Source of the DNA: Limisphaerales bacterium
GTDB taxonomy: Bacteria; Verrucomicrobiota; Verrucomicrobiia; Limisphaerales; SIBE01
Length of the DNA stretch: 37,741 bases
Assembly (NCBI GenBank): GCA_044225505.1
Contig: JBGAIN010000080.1
Location: forward strand, 1 to 37,741
Direction: 5' to 3'
Part shown: one piece after another, positions 10,277 to 20,084 of the stretch
How positions within the stretch are numbered: position 1 is the first letter of the stretch
Layout of the letters: each line of letters starts with the position of its first letter
Translations under genes and position numbers: made by a program
The notes under the pieces: generated by a model
Database searches by the model: none
Seen by the model: only the letters and a program-made list of their open reading frames with translations
What the model was told of the DNA's origin: nothing

Positions 10277-11494
10277 TTAGTCGAGCATATGACAGTACAT
10301 GCCGTCACGCAGCTTCGGTTCGAACCAAGTGCTCTTCGGCGGCATTAGCCCCCCCAGCTCCGCCACAGCAAAAAGGTCTTCCACCTGCGTTGGGAACAGG
10401 GCGAACGCACAGGCCCCATCGCCGCCATCCACCACACGCGATAATTCAGCGGCACCGCGAATGCCACCAACAAACTGAATGCGCTCGCTCGTGCGCGGGT
10501 TGTCGATGCCAAACATCGGCCCCAAGACAAGATTCTGTAGCAACGAAACATCCAAACTCGCTAACGGGTCCGACCCCGGGATGACTTCTGGGCGGAAGGT
10601 GAGTCCATGCCACTGCCCGGATAGGTAAAGGCCAACCTGATGGCGTGCACGAGGCTCAGGGGAGATCGTCGGTTCCACCGTAAAAACCGAGCGGAGACGG
10701 TCGAGCATTTGGGCTGGCGCCAGACCGTTCAGGTCCCGCAGCACTCGATGGTAGGGCAGGATTTGCACTTGGTTGTGCGGAAAAAGCACGCTCAGAAAGA
10801 GCCCGGTGCGGCCCGCGCCCTGGTTCTGCCGGTAGACCCGGGCGGCAGCAGCGCTGCGGTGATGTCCGTCCGCGATATAGAGAACGGGAATGGAAGCAAA
10901 CCGGCTTTCAATCCGCTTCACGGTCGCTGGCTCACGGAGGGTCCAGGAGGTATGACGCACCCGATCCGCCGCCGTGAAATCGATGTCGGGAGCGGCCTTC
11001 GCCCCCTCCGCGAAACATTGGTCGAGGTCAGGGTCGGCGCGATACGTTAAGAAGGCCGGGCCAGTTTGAGCGTGCAATGCTTCGATATGGCGCACTCGAT
11101 CATCTTCTTTGTCCGGCCGGGTTAACTCATGCTTTCGAACTATGCCTTGGAGATACTCTTCGCAGCTCGTGACGGCCGCCAGGCCAAACTGGGTGTGGCG
11201 TCCCATGACTTGCCGATACAGATAGTAGCACGGACTCGGGTCGCGACGAAGCGCCCCCGATTGAATCAACTGCGTGAAGTTCGCTTGGCCTTGCGCATAG
11301 ACGCGGGCGTCATAGATCCCGACCTCCGGTGGCAAATCGATTTCGGGCTTGCTGACATGGAAAAAGCTCAGGGGATTGCCCGCCGCGGCAGTGCGCGCTT
11401 CGGCGGATGACAACACGTCGTATGGGAGTTCACAGATCCGAGCGGCCAAGGAAGGATCCGGGCGCAGTGCGGCAAAGGGTTTTACGATAGCCAT
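10277..11494 (-). CDS. DUF1015-family protein
   Basis: VKPFAALRP, LPYDV, KHELTRPDKEDDR, YIADGHHR, MPPKSTWFEPKLRDG. Confidence 0.93.
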   Translation of the reverse strand: MAIVKPFAALRPDPSLAARICELPYDVLSSAEARTAAAGNPLSFFHVSKPEIDLPPEVGIYDARVYAQGQANFTQLIQSGALRRDPSPCYYLYRQVMGRHTQFGLAAVTSCEEYLQGIVRKHELTRPDKEDDRVRHIEALHAQTGPAFLTYRADPDLDQCFAEGAKAAPDIDFTAADRVRHTSWTLREPATVKRIESRFASIPVLYIADGHHRSAAAARVYRQNQGAGRTGLFLSVLFPHNQVQILPYHRVLRDLNGLAPAQMLDRLRSVFTVEPTISPEPRARHQVGLYLSGQWHGLTFRPEVIPGSDPLASLDVSLLQNLVLGPMFGIDNPRTSERIQFVGGIRGAAELSRVVDGGDGACAFALFPTQVEDLFAVAELGGLMPPKSTWFEPKLRDGMYCHMLD

Positions 11495-11769
11495 ATGTTA
11501 ACGAGCGGGGCGACCATAGCCTCCACTCCCGGTCGGACGCACGCCTAAAGTAAGGGCTGGCCGTCCGCCCTCGAAAGGGCGATCACTGCCCTGACGGCGT
11601 GACCGAAAAGCCAGGCTGATCCAGGATGATTTCAAAGAAGCGCTGGTCTGTTGAGCCCAATATTTTCGCTTGCAGAGTGCCTTCTGGTGCGCTAATGATT
11701 GAGAATATATTGCGATTGGGTGAATCGTACATCGTATCTCATGGATAAACTTCAACCGAAGGGGGTGTC

Positions 11770-12516
11770 TTGAGCCGCCCTTTCTCTCCGCGCAGCGCTC
11801 CTTCCGCCAGTGCATTCGTTCGGGTTAACGGTAAAATCCGTGCCCGCGAAGTCCGGGTTATCGGAACAGATGGTCAACAGCTTGGAATTCTTTCCCTGGG
11901 CGACGCCTTGACGATGGCAAGGCAACAGGGGGTTGACCTCGTCGAAATCGCGGCCAATGCCAATCCACCGGTCTGCCGGCTTGTCGACTACGGGAAGTAC
12001 CGCTACGAGCAGGCCAAGCGCGACAAGGAAGCCAAAAAGCATCAGCACGCTAACCGGGTTAAGGAAATCCAGTTAAGTCCGACCATCGATCCGCATGACT
12101 TTTCCGTCAAACTCAGTCACGCGATCGACTTCCTCTGTGAGGAAATGAAAGTCAAAGTGACCTTGCGTTTTCGAGGTCGTGAAATGGCTCATCAAGAGTA
12201 TGGCTTTCAGGTAGTACAGAAGCTCCTCAAAGAGGTCACCCCTTACGGCCATCCCGATGCCCCACCCAAATTGATCGGCCGTGGCATCAACGTCATGCTC
12301 AGCCCGCTGCCCAGGAACAAGCGAGCCAAAAACCCGCACCAGGAAGATTCCAGCAATCCTCCCCCTCGAGCGGAAGATCATTCCGAGAAGCGCGAACAAC
12401 CGACGCCGCGCCCCGAGAAGACTCCGAACCGCGCCGTCTCCGTCAACGCGGAAGAGGAGAATGGGTCCTTTGGGCAAAGCCCGTTCGCCGATCTCGATGT
12501 CAAAGTCGGTCAGTGA
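11770..12516 (+). CDS. infC: Translation initiation factor IF-3 with C-terminal extension
   Basis: RVNGKIRAREVRVI, DLVEIA.NANPPVCRLVDYGKYRYE, LRFRGRE; TTG start after a GGGGG SD-like run. Confidence 0.96.
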   Translation: MSRPFSPRSAPSASAFVRVNGKIRAREVRVIGTDGQQLGILSLGDALTMARQQGVDLVEIAANANPPVCRLVDYGKYRYEQAKRDKEAKKHQHANRVKEIQLSPTIDPHDFSVKLSHAIDFLCEEMKVKVTLRFRGREMAHQEYGFQVVQKLLKEVTPYGHPDAPPKLIGRGINVMLSPLPRNKRAKNPHQEDSSNPPPRAEDHSEKREQPTPRPEKTPNRAVSVNAEEENGSFGQSPFADLDVKVGQ

Positions 12517-12521
12517 ATTTT

Positions 12522-12553
12522 GAGGGCGGACTCCGCCGCGCGGATCTGCCCTC
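12522..12553. terminator. Hairpin between convergent infC and Hsp70 genes
   Basis: GAGGGCGGA-C-TCCGC-CGC-GCGGA-TCTGCCCTC stem-loop; no clear U-tract. Confidence 0.5.
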
Positions 12554-12559
12554 TTCCCC

Positions 12560-14470
12560 CTACAAGATCAATCCCCGCTTGCGTAGCATGGCGTCCATCG
12601 CTCGATCCATGAGCAGTTCGGCGAGGGGTTGAGTTGCCGTATCCAAAGACGCCATCGCCAATTTCAGCCGGTCCAAATCGCCAATTTCGTTTTCCGGTTG
12701 CTCCGTGGCCAGCGCCGCTTCGACCTCCTGGATGATCCCTTCCAATTCGGTAATCTGCTCCGCGGACAATTCCGCCTCGCATTCTTTGATTCCTTGACGG
12801 GCTAGCGTCACGGTTTCTCGGGCGCGAATTCTTGATTCGATCCAACGCCGAGATTTTAGATCAGTAAAGGCTTGGTCAACGGACTCCTCCACCATGCGCT
12901 GCACATCCGCGTCATTGACGTTGACCGCGGAGTTCATAGGCACGATCTGCTGGTTCCCAGTCTTCAGATCCCGCGCGAGAACCTGGAGAATGCCGTTGGC
13001 GTCAATTTCAAACTGAACTCCGACCCTAGCCACACCTTTGGGCGCCCGTTCGAACGGCAGCGTAAACCTCCCCAAGCTCCAATTGTCCCGCGCGCGTTCG
13101 CGTTCCCCTTGCAGCACGTGAATCAACATGCTGGTTTGATTATCGACAGCGGTCGTAAACACTTCGCCCGCCTTGGTTGGGATGGTGGAGTTTCGCGGAA
13201 TGATCACGTTCATCAAGCCACCAAAAGTTTCGAGTCCCAGCGACAAGGGGGTCACATCCAGCAGCAGGATGTTCTTAAATCCACCGGAAAGTATTTCCGC
13301 TTGAATCGCCGCTCCCAACGCCACCGCTTCGTCCGGGTTCTGCGACGTGTTCAACATCGGCCCCACAGCCTCGTGATATTCTGAACCGACGCGAATGGAG
13401 CCGCGGACCGCTTCAAAATCTGCACAGTGAAACAGCTCTCGGACAAACTCCCGCACGAATGGCATCCGCGTCTGCCCGCCCACCAGAATGACTTGATCGA
13501 GCTCTTCGGCCTTCAAGTGCGCATCCGCGAGAGAGCGCAAACAGAGAGGGCGTGTCCGTTCGATAATGTCGCGCGTCATCTCTTCCAACTGCGTTCGCGT
13601 TAACCGGCATGCGACGCTGTGCACCTGAATTAGGAACGGAAGGACAATTTCCACTTCTGTAAGCGTGGAGAGTTTGATCTTGGCGTCCTCTCCCGCCTCC
13701 CGCAGCTTGGCCATCAGCCCGAGGTCGGTCCGCGGATCTTGGCCAGTTTGCGCCCGGACTTGTTCTACCAACCAATCGACAATCCGCACGTCCAGATCAT
13801 CCCCGCCTAACCGCGTGTCGCCATGGGTCGACAGAACCTGAAACACTCCGTCGTTCAGCTCCAAAATCGAAAGATCAAACGTTCCCCCACCCAGGTCGTA
13901 GACCGCAATCTTGGATTTCTCCGATAGCCTGTCCAAGCCGTAAGCCAGCGCCGCCGCGGTCGGCTCGTTGACGATTCGCTCGACTGACAGACCGGCTAAC
14001 TCCCCGGCCCGCTTCGTCGCCGCCCGTTGCGCATCGTTGAAATAAGCAGGCACAGTGATCACCGCGCGGGACACCAGCTCCCCCAAATGCAGTTCCGCAT
14101 CGTGACGAAGCTTCTTTAATATCTCGGCTGAGATCTCCTCGGGCGTCCAATCCCGGTCTGGCAGGCGCATCCGGACAGAATCGGGAGCGGCTGCAATCGG
14201 GTAATGGACCCGGAGATCTTCCTCCCCGAGTTCCGAGCCGCGCCGTCCCATAAAACGCTTGACCGAATAGACGGTGGATTGCGGTTGAACAACACGCACC
14301 CGGCTGGCAGCTCGTCCCACCACCGGCATCGCTCCGGAACCTGGAACATGGACAACCGATGGCGTCAATCGCTGTCCGTCCGGGTCCGGGATAAGGAACG
14401 GGATGCCGCTGTCGACCGTGGCGACAGCCGAGTTGGTGGTTCCCAGATCAATGCCGACAATCTTGCTCAT
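12560..14470 (-). CDS. Hsp70-family chaperone (DnaK paralog, HscA-like)
   Basis: GIDLGTTNS, AVITVPAYFNDAQR, YDLGGGTFDLS, LLDVTPLSLG; short HscA-like C-terminus (LMDRAMDAML). Confidence 0.93.
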   Translation of the reverse strand: MSKIVGIDLGTTNSAVATVDSGIPFLIPDPDGQRLTPSVVHVPGSGAMPVVGRAASRVRVVQPQSTVYSVKRFMGRRGSELGEEDLRVHYPIAAAPDSVRMRLPDRDWTPEEISAEILKKLRHDAELHLGELVSRAVITVPAYFNDAQRAATKRAGELAGLSVERIVNEPTAAALAYGLDRLSEKSKIAVYDLGGGTFDLSILELNDGVFQVLSTHGDTRLGGDDLDVRIVDWLVEQVRAQTGQDPRTDLGLMAKLREAGEDAKIKLSTLTEVEIVLPFLIQVHSVACRLTRTQLEEMTRDIIERTRPLCLRSLADAHLKAEELDQVILVGGQTRMPFVREFVRELFHCADFEAVRGSIRVGSEYHEAVGPMLNTSQNPDEAVALGAAIQAEILSGGFKNILLLDVTPLSLGLETFGGLMNVIIPRNSTIPTKAGEVFTTAVDNQTSMLIHVLQGERERARDNWSLGRFTLPFERAPKGVARVGVQFEIDANGILQVLARDLKTGNQQIVPMNSAVNVNDADVQRMVEESVDQAFTDLKSRRWIESRIRARETVTLARQGIKECEAELSAEQITELEGIIQEVEAALATEQPENEIGDLDRLKLAMASLDTATQPLAELLMDRAMDAMLRKRGLIL

Positions 14471-14598
14471 GCGACGGGTTGCTGCTCGAATTCCTTAAGA
14501 AGTCAATGGATAGCCGGTTTCGGGAAAAATGCTAGTGGGAAGGGGGAGAAGGCAGGCCCTCCCTAGCTGATGGCTCCGGCGAAGACATCGCGGAGTGG

Positions 14599-14620
14599 GT
14601 TGGTGACAAAAGTCACCAAC
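14599..14620. promoter_or_regulatory. Inverted repeat / candidate operator between divergent Hsp70 and lysS
   Basis: GTTGGTGAC-AAAA-GTCACCAAC, 9-bp perfect arms. Confidence 0.45.
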
Positions 14621-14786
14621 ATATTAAACACTTCCTTTTCAGCCACTTACAATTCCACGAGCCTCACCTGGACACGTTTTGTGATCTTCAACCGCATCCC
14701 CCTCCGGATTTCGTGGAGTGGGTCGGTCGCCAGGGAATCGCTTTGCCAGAATCCATTCCGCCGTGTTGTATGTCTGCCAGCACGAT

Positions 14787-16271
14787 ATGGACGAAACCCA
14801 TTCATTAGTGGATCAGAGAAAGGCCAAACTAGCCTCGCTGCGTAGTCGAGGCGTTGATCCCTTCCAAAACAAGTTCACCCCGCGAGGCGTAGATCCCTTC
14901 CAAAACAAATTCACCCCGAGCGAACCGGTCGCCCAGGCCCGCGCGCAGTTCACGCAAGGCAGGGAAGTCGCCATGGCCGGACGAATCACAGCGCACCGCG
15001 ACATGGGCAAGAGCATGTTCCTGGACATCAAGGACGGATCTGGCCGAATCCAAATCTACGCCCAGAAAAATGCGTTGGGAGAAGAGGCCTTCGAAACCTT
15101 TAAACATTTGGATCTCGGAGACTTCCTCGGGGTTCGAGGCAGCCTTTTCACCACGAAAACCGGGGAGATCTCCGTCAAGCTCGCCTCATTTATCGTCCTC
15201 GCGAAGGCTATTCGTCCCATGCCCGAGAAATGGCATGGACTGGCTGACACCGAGACCCGCTACCGCCAGCGCTACCTGGACCTGCTCGCCAATGACAATG
15301 TTAAGAAGACATTCCACCAGCGCAGCGAGATCATCTGGCAGATCCGGCAGTTCCTGCATGGACGCGGGTATCTGGAGGTCGAAACCCCTATCTTACAGCC
15401 AATTCCAGGCGGCGCCGCAGCCCAACCGTTCGTGACGCATCACAACGCCCTGGGCTGCAGCTTCTACTTGCGCATCGCGTTGGAGCTTTACTTGAAGCGG
15501 TTGCTCGTCGGAGGGATCGATCGCGTGTTCGAACTTGGCCGCAATTTTCGCAACGAAGGATTGTCGCGGAAGCACAACCCGGAGTTCACCATGTTGGAGG
15601 CTTACCAGGCGTATGGGGATTACGAGACCATGATGGAACTGTTGCAGTCGCTGATCTCGCATGTCGCCCAGTCTGTGCTTGGCACTCTTCTCATTGAGCA
15701 CCGAAACGCCGAAGGCACGGTGGTGCGCACCATCGACCTGACCCCACCCTGGCGGCGGGTGAAATACCGCGATCTCATCCGCGACAAGGCAGGAGCAGAT
15801 TGGTTTGAAATCGCGCCCGCGCAGCGCCGGGAACGCGCCGTGGCTTTGGGCGCGGAAATTGGCAAGGAATACGAGGACTTCGAGGTCACCGGGGCGGTGT
15901 TTGAAAAACTGATCGAACCGACTCTCATTCAGCCAACGTTCGTGACTCATTTACCCAAGGAACTCGTTCCGCTCGCGAAACTTTCGGTCGACGATCCCGG
16001 CACCGTGGAAGTCTTTGAATGTTGTATTAATGGCCAGGAAATTGCCCCGGCCTATTCGGAACAGAACGATCCGATCGTGCAGCGGGAACGATTGGAACAT
16101 CAAGCTGGCGGCGAGCAGCAAAAACTGGACGAAGATTTCCTGGTGGCCCTGGAACATGGGATGCCACCGGCCGGAGGGATCGGCATTGGAATTGACCGTC
16201 TTTGCATGATGCTGCTCGGGCAGGAGAGCATTCGCGACGTGGTTCTCTTCCCTCAAATGAAGCCGAAATAA
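14787..16271 (+). CDS. lysS: Lysine--tRNA ligase (class II)
   Basis: OB-fold (AGRI...MGKSMF), RYRQRYLDL, GGAAAQPF.THHN, FRNEG...HNPEFT, GMPPAGGIGIGIDRL; ATG 14787. Confidence 0.98.
   Translation: MDETHSLVDQRKAKLASLRSRGVDPFQNKFTPRGVDPFQNKFTPSEPVAQARAQFTQGREVAMAGRITAHRDMGKSMFLDIKDGSGRIQIYAQKNALGEEAFETFKHLDLGDFLGVRGSLFTTKTGEISVKLASFIVLAKAIRPMPEKWHGLADTETRYRQRYLDLLANDNVKKTFHQRSEIIWQIRQFLHGRGYLEVETPILQPIPGGAAAQPFVTHHNALGCSFYLRIALELYLKRLLVGGIDRVFELGRNFRNEGLSRKHNPEFTMLEAYQAYGDYETMMELLQSLISHVAQSVLGTLLIEHRNAEGTVVRTIDLTPPWRRVKYRDLIRDKAGADWFEIAPAQRRERAVALGAEIGKEYEDFEVTGAVFEKLIEPTLIQPTFVTHLPKELVPLAKLSVDDPGTVEVFECCINGQEIAPAYSEQNDPIVQRERLEHQAGGEQQKLDEDFLVALEHGMPPAGGIGIGIDRLCMMLLGQESIRDVVLFPQMKPK
14847..14918 (+). 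repeat. 36-bp in-frame tandem duplication within lysS
   Basis: CGAGGCGTTGATCCCTTCCAAAACAAGTTCACCCCG followed by CGAGGCGTAGATCCCTTCCAAAACAAATTCACCCCG (RGVDPFQNKFTP x2). Confidence 0.97.
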
Positions 16272-16521
16272 ACCCTCCGCGAGCGATCGCACCCTTCGCA
16301 CGAAACGTTCGCCGCTTCGATTCCGCGGCGAACTTGAGTCAAGCCGTGGCGGTGTCCGCAATTTGCGGACATCAGGCCGTTTTGCACCACGGATTGCTCT
16401 TTCCCTCCACCACGGAAGATCCCCTCCGCCAGGTCCGGGTCCTTCCAGGAGTCAACGCACGCGCACAAAAAGCCAATAATTGTACAGCCGGGTGTTGAAT
16501 AGCATCTTAATTACTCTTGCG

Positions 16522-17283
16522 ATGCAACACCCTGTCGCTGAATTCCGGCACTCAGACATCGTGGCGATCTTCCAGCAGTGCCCGCTCTTTGAAGGCGTTT
16601 CCGACAACGACATGGCGTCCATCGCAGCGATCACCGTCGCCAAATCGTTCGCCCGCGGGGATTATCTTTTCCACGAAGGCGCGCCAGTGCACGGTTTCTA
16701 TATCGTTTACACCGGAGCAGTTAAGGTCCACCGCTTCAGCTTCGCGGGGAAAGAACAGGTGCTTCATGTGTATCGGCCCCACGAATCCTTTGGGGAAGAA
16801 GCACTGATTTGCGATTTGGGGTATCCGGCCGACGCCTCGGCCGTGGAGGACGTCCAGGTTCTCATGGTCCAAAGGAATGAGTTTCTGGGGTTGCTCCGAC
16901 GGCAACCGGAGCTCGCGCTTTGCATGCTCCGTTCTATGAGCCAACACCTAAGCGATCTGGTGGAACTTCTCGATGATTTAACCCTCAAGGACGTTAAGAC
17001 GCGCCTGGCCAACTGGTTGCTCCAGCATTGTCCGAATCCCGAAAGTTACGAGCCTTACCGTATCGAATTGCCCATGACCAAGCGAGTTTTAGCGGCTGAG
17101 CTCGGCACCGTCAGCGAAACGTTCTCCCGCACTGTGGCGAAGTTCAGGAAACAGCGCCTGATCTCCGTCGAAGGGAATACGTTCACATTACTCTGTCCGA
17201 TGAAATTGACGCAGCTTTTCGGCTCCCATCTCAAAGCGACACATACTTACAACAGCGGCCAGCTATGCAGTAGCGCCGCTTGA
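16522..17283 (+). CDS. Crp/Fnr-family transcriptional regulator (Dnr/NnrR-like)
   Basis: cNMP-binding fold (LFHEG, GAVKV, GKEQVL, ESFGE) and HTH LAAELGTVSETFSR; no N-terminal FNR Cys cluster. Confidence 0.92.
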   Translation: MQHPVAEFRHSDIVAIFQQCPLFEGVSDNDMASIAAITVAKSFARGDYLFHEGAPVHGFYIVYTGAVKVHRFSFAGKEQVLHVYRPHESFGEEALICDLGYPADASAVEDVQVLMVQRNEFLGLLRRQPELALCMLRSMSQHLSDLVELLDDLTLKDVKTRLANWLLQHCPNPESYEPYRIELPMTKRVLAAELGTVSETFSRTVAKFRKQRLISVEGNTFTLLCPMKLTQLFGSHLKATHTYNSGQLCSSAA

Positions 17284-17626
17284 GTGCCGAACCCCAATCC
17301 GGGCCACTCCCAATCGTCTTCATCCGCTAGCGCGCTCTGCCATGAAGCCGCGCATCCGGAACGATCGGAAGTAAGCTCCTTCAGGCGTGTCCCATCTCCG
17401 TTGCCGCCCGAAGCGATGGCCAAAACGCCACCTCTCTGCCAACCAACCGCGCCGTCCCGAGTAGGGGCGCGTGGCGAAACAGGGTGCTCGGAGCCCGGAC
17501 GAGCCAATCCGTGCGAACAAAACCACAACAAATGTCTAGCGCTTAACCCCCTGGAGCTTACTCTCTTGGTAACGATTCTGCGCGCGTGACCAGTCCTGTT
17601 TGGAGTAGGCTCGGACTTAGCTAAGC

Positions 17627-18724
17627 TTGAATACAAATTTTAATTTGAAATCCGGAGGACCTGCGGACCTACCGCCCGCAGCGGCGCCTTTGTCTGGGAG
17701 GGAACGATTTCTCAAGGCGTGCCGGTACCAGCCCTTGGATCATCCGCCGATCTGGTTGATGCGCCAGGCTGGCCGGGTTCTGCCGGAATACCGCGAGTTG
17801 AAGGCCAAGCATTCGTTTGCCGAATTGATCGTCAAACCAGAGTTGGCCACGGAGGTTACGCTGCAACCGATCCGCCGTTTTGGGTTCGACGCTGCCATCT
17901 TATTCAGCGATATTCTCGTCATCCCAGAGGCGATGGGCCAAGGTTTTCGTTTTCGAGATAGCGGCGGCGTGGAAATGTCCTTCGGAGTGCACTCGGGCGA
18001 GGACGTGGACCGGTTGAGCCCTGAGGGAGTGACCGGGCGCTTGGAATACGTGGCCACCGCGATTCGGTTGCTGAAACGGGAATTACAGGGCAAGACGGCA
18101 CTGATCGGTTTCGCCGGGTCGCCTTGGACGTTGGCGAATTTCATGATGGAAGGCGGGAGTTCCAAGGACTTTGTTCGAGCCCGCCAACTGTACTATTCGG
18201 ATCGGGCGTTATTTGAAAAACTGTGTGAGAAATTAACGCGAGCCGTGGCTGAGTTTCTCCAGATGCAGATTGACGCGGGGGTGGATGCGATTCAGATATT
18301 CGACAGTTTGGGCGGGACTCTAGGGGCGCATGCCTTTGAGGGAGCGTCCGGGCGTTGGATGCGCGACGTCATTGCTCGATTGAAAGGGAACGTGCCGGTG
18401 ATTGTGTTCTCCAAAGGCGCTCACGGACAGGTCAAAAGCCTGGTGACATTAGGTGCGCAGGTGCTAGGGTTTGATTGGACCGTTCCACTTTCCGCCGTCC
18501 GTACGGGATTGCCTGAAGGCGTGGGCATTCAGGGGAATCTCGATCCGGCCGTGCTGGAAACGACGCCCTCAGCAGTGCAGGACGCAGCGGGACACATTCT
18601 GGATGAAATGCGCGGGCGTCCAGGGCATATTTTCAATCTTGGCCATGGGGTACCGCCCGGGGCGAAGTTGGAATGCATTGAGAGTTTGGTAACCACGGTC
18701 CGAAAGAAGCATGAGCACCCTTAA
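17627..18724 (+). CDS. hemE: Uroporphyrinogen decarboxylase
   Basis: PIWLMRQAGR.LPEY, DAAILFSDIL, LIGFAGSPWTLA, QGNLDP, IFNLGHG. Confidence 0.97.
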   Translation: MNTNFNLKSGGPADLPPAAAPLSGRERFLKACRYQPLDHPPIWLMRQAGRVLPEYRELKAKHSFAELIVKPELATEVTLQPIRRFGFDAAILFSDILVIPEAMGQGFRFRDSGGVEMSFGVHSGEDVDRLSPEGVTGRLEYVATAIRLLKRELQGKTALIGFAGSPWTLANFMMEGGSSKDFVRARQLYYSDRALFEKLCEKLTRAVAEFLQMQIDAGVDAIQIFDSLGGTLGAHAFEGASGRWMRDVIARLKGNVPVIVFSKGAHGQVKSLVTLGAQVLGFDWTVPLSAVRTGLPEGVGIQGNLDPAVLETTPSAVQDAAGHILDEMRGRPGHIFNLGHGVPPGAKLECIESLVTTVRKKHEHP

Positions 18725-20084
18725 GGTCGATCTTGGACTAGTTCAAAAGTATAACGTCCCGGGACCACGATATACTTCGTACCCTCCAGCCACGCATTTT
18801 ACGGAAAACGTCTCTCGCGAAGAGCTGTTTGCCCAGATGCAAGCCAATGCGCGGAGCACGCGCGATTTGTCCCTCTACTTTCACCTGCCCTTCTGTTGGT
18901 CGCTCTGTTGGTTCTGCGGTTGCACGACCGTCATTACCACCGACCAAAAAGCCAGCCACAAGTACATCGGCACCTTGCAGAAAGAGCTCGCCTTGGCGCG
19001 CAAGATGTTGAACCCGAAACGAAAAGTGGTCCAGCTGCACTTTGGCGGCGGGACACCAACCTTTCTCACGCCGGACGAGATTCGGCTGTTGGGCGAGGTC
19101 ATTCACGAACAATTCGAGTTCGCACCGGACGCTGAAGCCGGCGTTGAAATTGATCCGCGGCGCTTGCATCGCGAACATCTGGAAGCCTTGCGCGCTGCGG
19201 GGTTCAACCGGGCTTCAATCGGTGTGCAGGATCATAATCCTGAAGTCCAGAGAGCGGTGCACCGCATTCAGCCTTTCGAACAAACCCAGCAGGTCGTCGA
19301 ATGGATTCGAGCCACGGGGTTTTCGTCGCTCAACATTGATTTGATTTACGGCCTTCCCTACCAAACTCCCAGCTCCTTCGAACGGACCTTGGACGAGATC
19401 CTGCGTCTGGAACCGAATCGGTTCGCCGTGTTCAGCTACGCGCACGTGCCCTGGATGAAGCCAGCTCAGAAAATCCTCGCGGATAAAATTCTGCCTTCGC
19501 CCGAAACCAAGTTGCAGTTGCTGAAGCTGACCATCGAGAAGCTCACGTCGGCTGGCTACGTTTACATCGGGATGGATCACTTCGCCCGGGAGGACGACGA
19601 ATTGGCCGTGGCCCAGCAGAAAAAGACGTTGCAACGGAACTTCCAAGGGTACAGCACTCGGGGCGGCGCGGACATCTATGCGTTTGGGATGTCCTCGATC
19701 TCGCAAGCCGACGGCATTTACTGGCAGAATCTGAAAGATCTCCCAGCCTACGCCGCCGCCGTGGAACGGGGCGAACTGCCTTTGGCCAAAGGTTACGTGC
19801 TGACGGACGAAGACAAGCTCCGGCGCCAGACGATCATGCGCCTCATGTGCGATCTAAGCCTCGACTACGCCGCCATGTCCAACTTGCTGCAGGTCGATTT
19901 CGCCTCCTATTTCACCTCGGAATTAAAGTCCCTGGACGACATGGAAGCGGATGGGCTTCTCCGGCGGGGCGACCGCGGCTTGACGGTGACAGAAGCGGGG
20001 CGCCTGTTCATTCGAAATATCGCCATGCGGTTCGATCCCCACAATTCGAATAATCGGGAAGGGCGATTTTCGAAAACGATATGA
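18711..20084 (+). CDS. hemN: Oxygen-independent coproporphyrinogen III oxidase (radical SAM)
   Basis: GPRYTSYP, HLPFCWSLCWFCGC (CX3CX2C), HFGGGTPT, IGMDHFA, RNFQGY. Confidence 0.97.
   Translation: MSTLKVDLGLVQKYNVPGPRYTSYPPATHFTENVSREELFAQMQANARSTRDLSLYFHLPFCWSLCWFCGCTTVITTDQKASHKYIGTLQKELALARKMLNPKRKVVQLHFGGGTPTFLTPDEIRLLGEVIHEQFEFAPDAEAGVEIDPRRLHREHLEALRAAGFNRASIGVQDHNPEVQRAVHRIQPFEQTQQVVEWIRATGFSSLNIDLIYGLPYQTPSSFERTLDEILRLEPNRFAVFSYAHVPWMKPAQKILADKILPSPETKLQLLKLTIEKLTSAGYVYIGMDHFAREDDELAVAQQKKTLQRNFQGYSTRGGADIYAFGMSSISQADGIYWQNLKDLPAYAAAVERGELPLAKGYVLTDEDKLRRQTIMRLMCDLSLDYAAMSNLLQVDFASYFTSELKSLDDMEADGLLRRGDRGLTVTEAGRLFIRNIAMRFDPHNSNNREGRFSKTI

Noticed and set aside
11495..11769. tRNA or structured RNA upstream of infC
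   Set aside because: No cloverleaf, T-loop GTTCRA or recognisable riboswitch seen by eye; a covariance-model scan would be needed to exclude it.
16272..17626. FNR/Dnr box upstream of the regulator or hemE
   Set aside because: Only half-sites and CTTGAGTCAAG with the wrong spacing; no TTGAT-N4-ATCAA.
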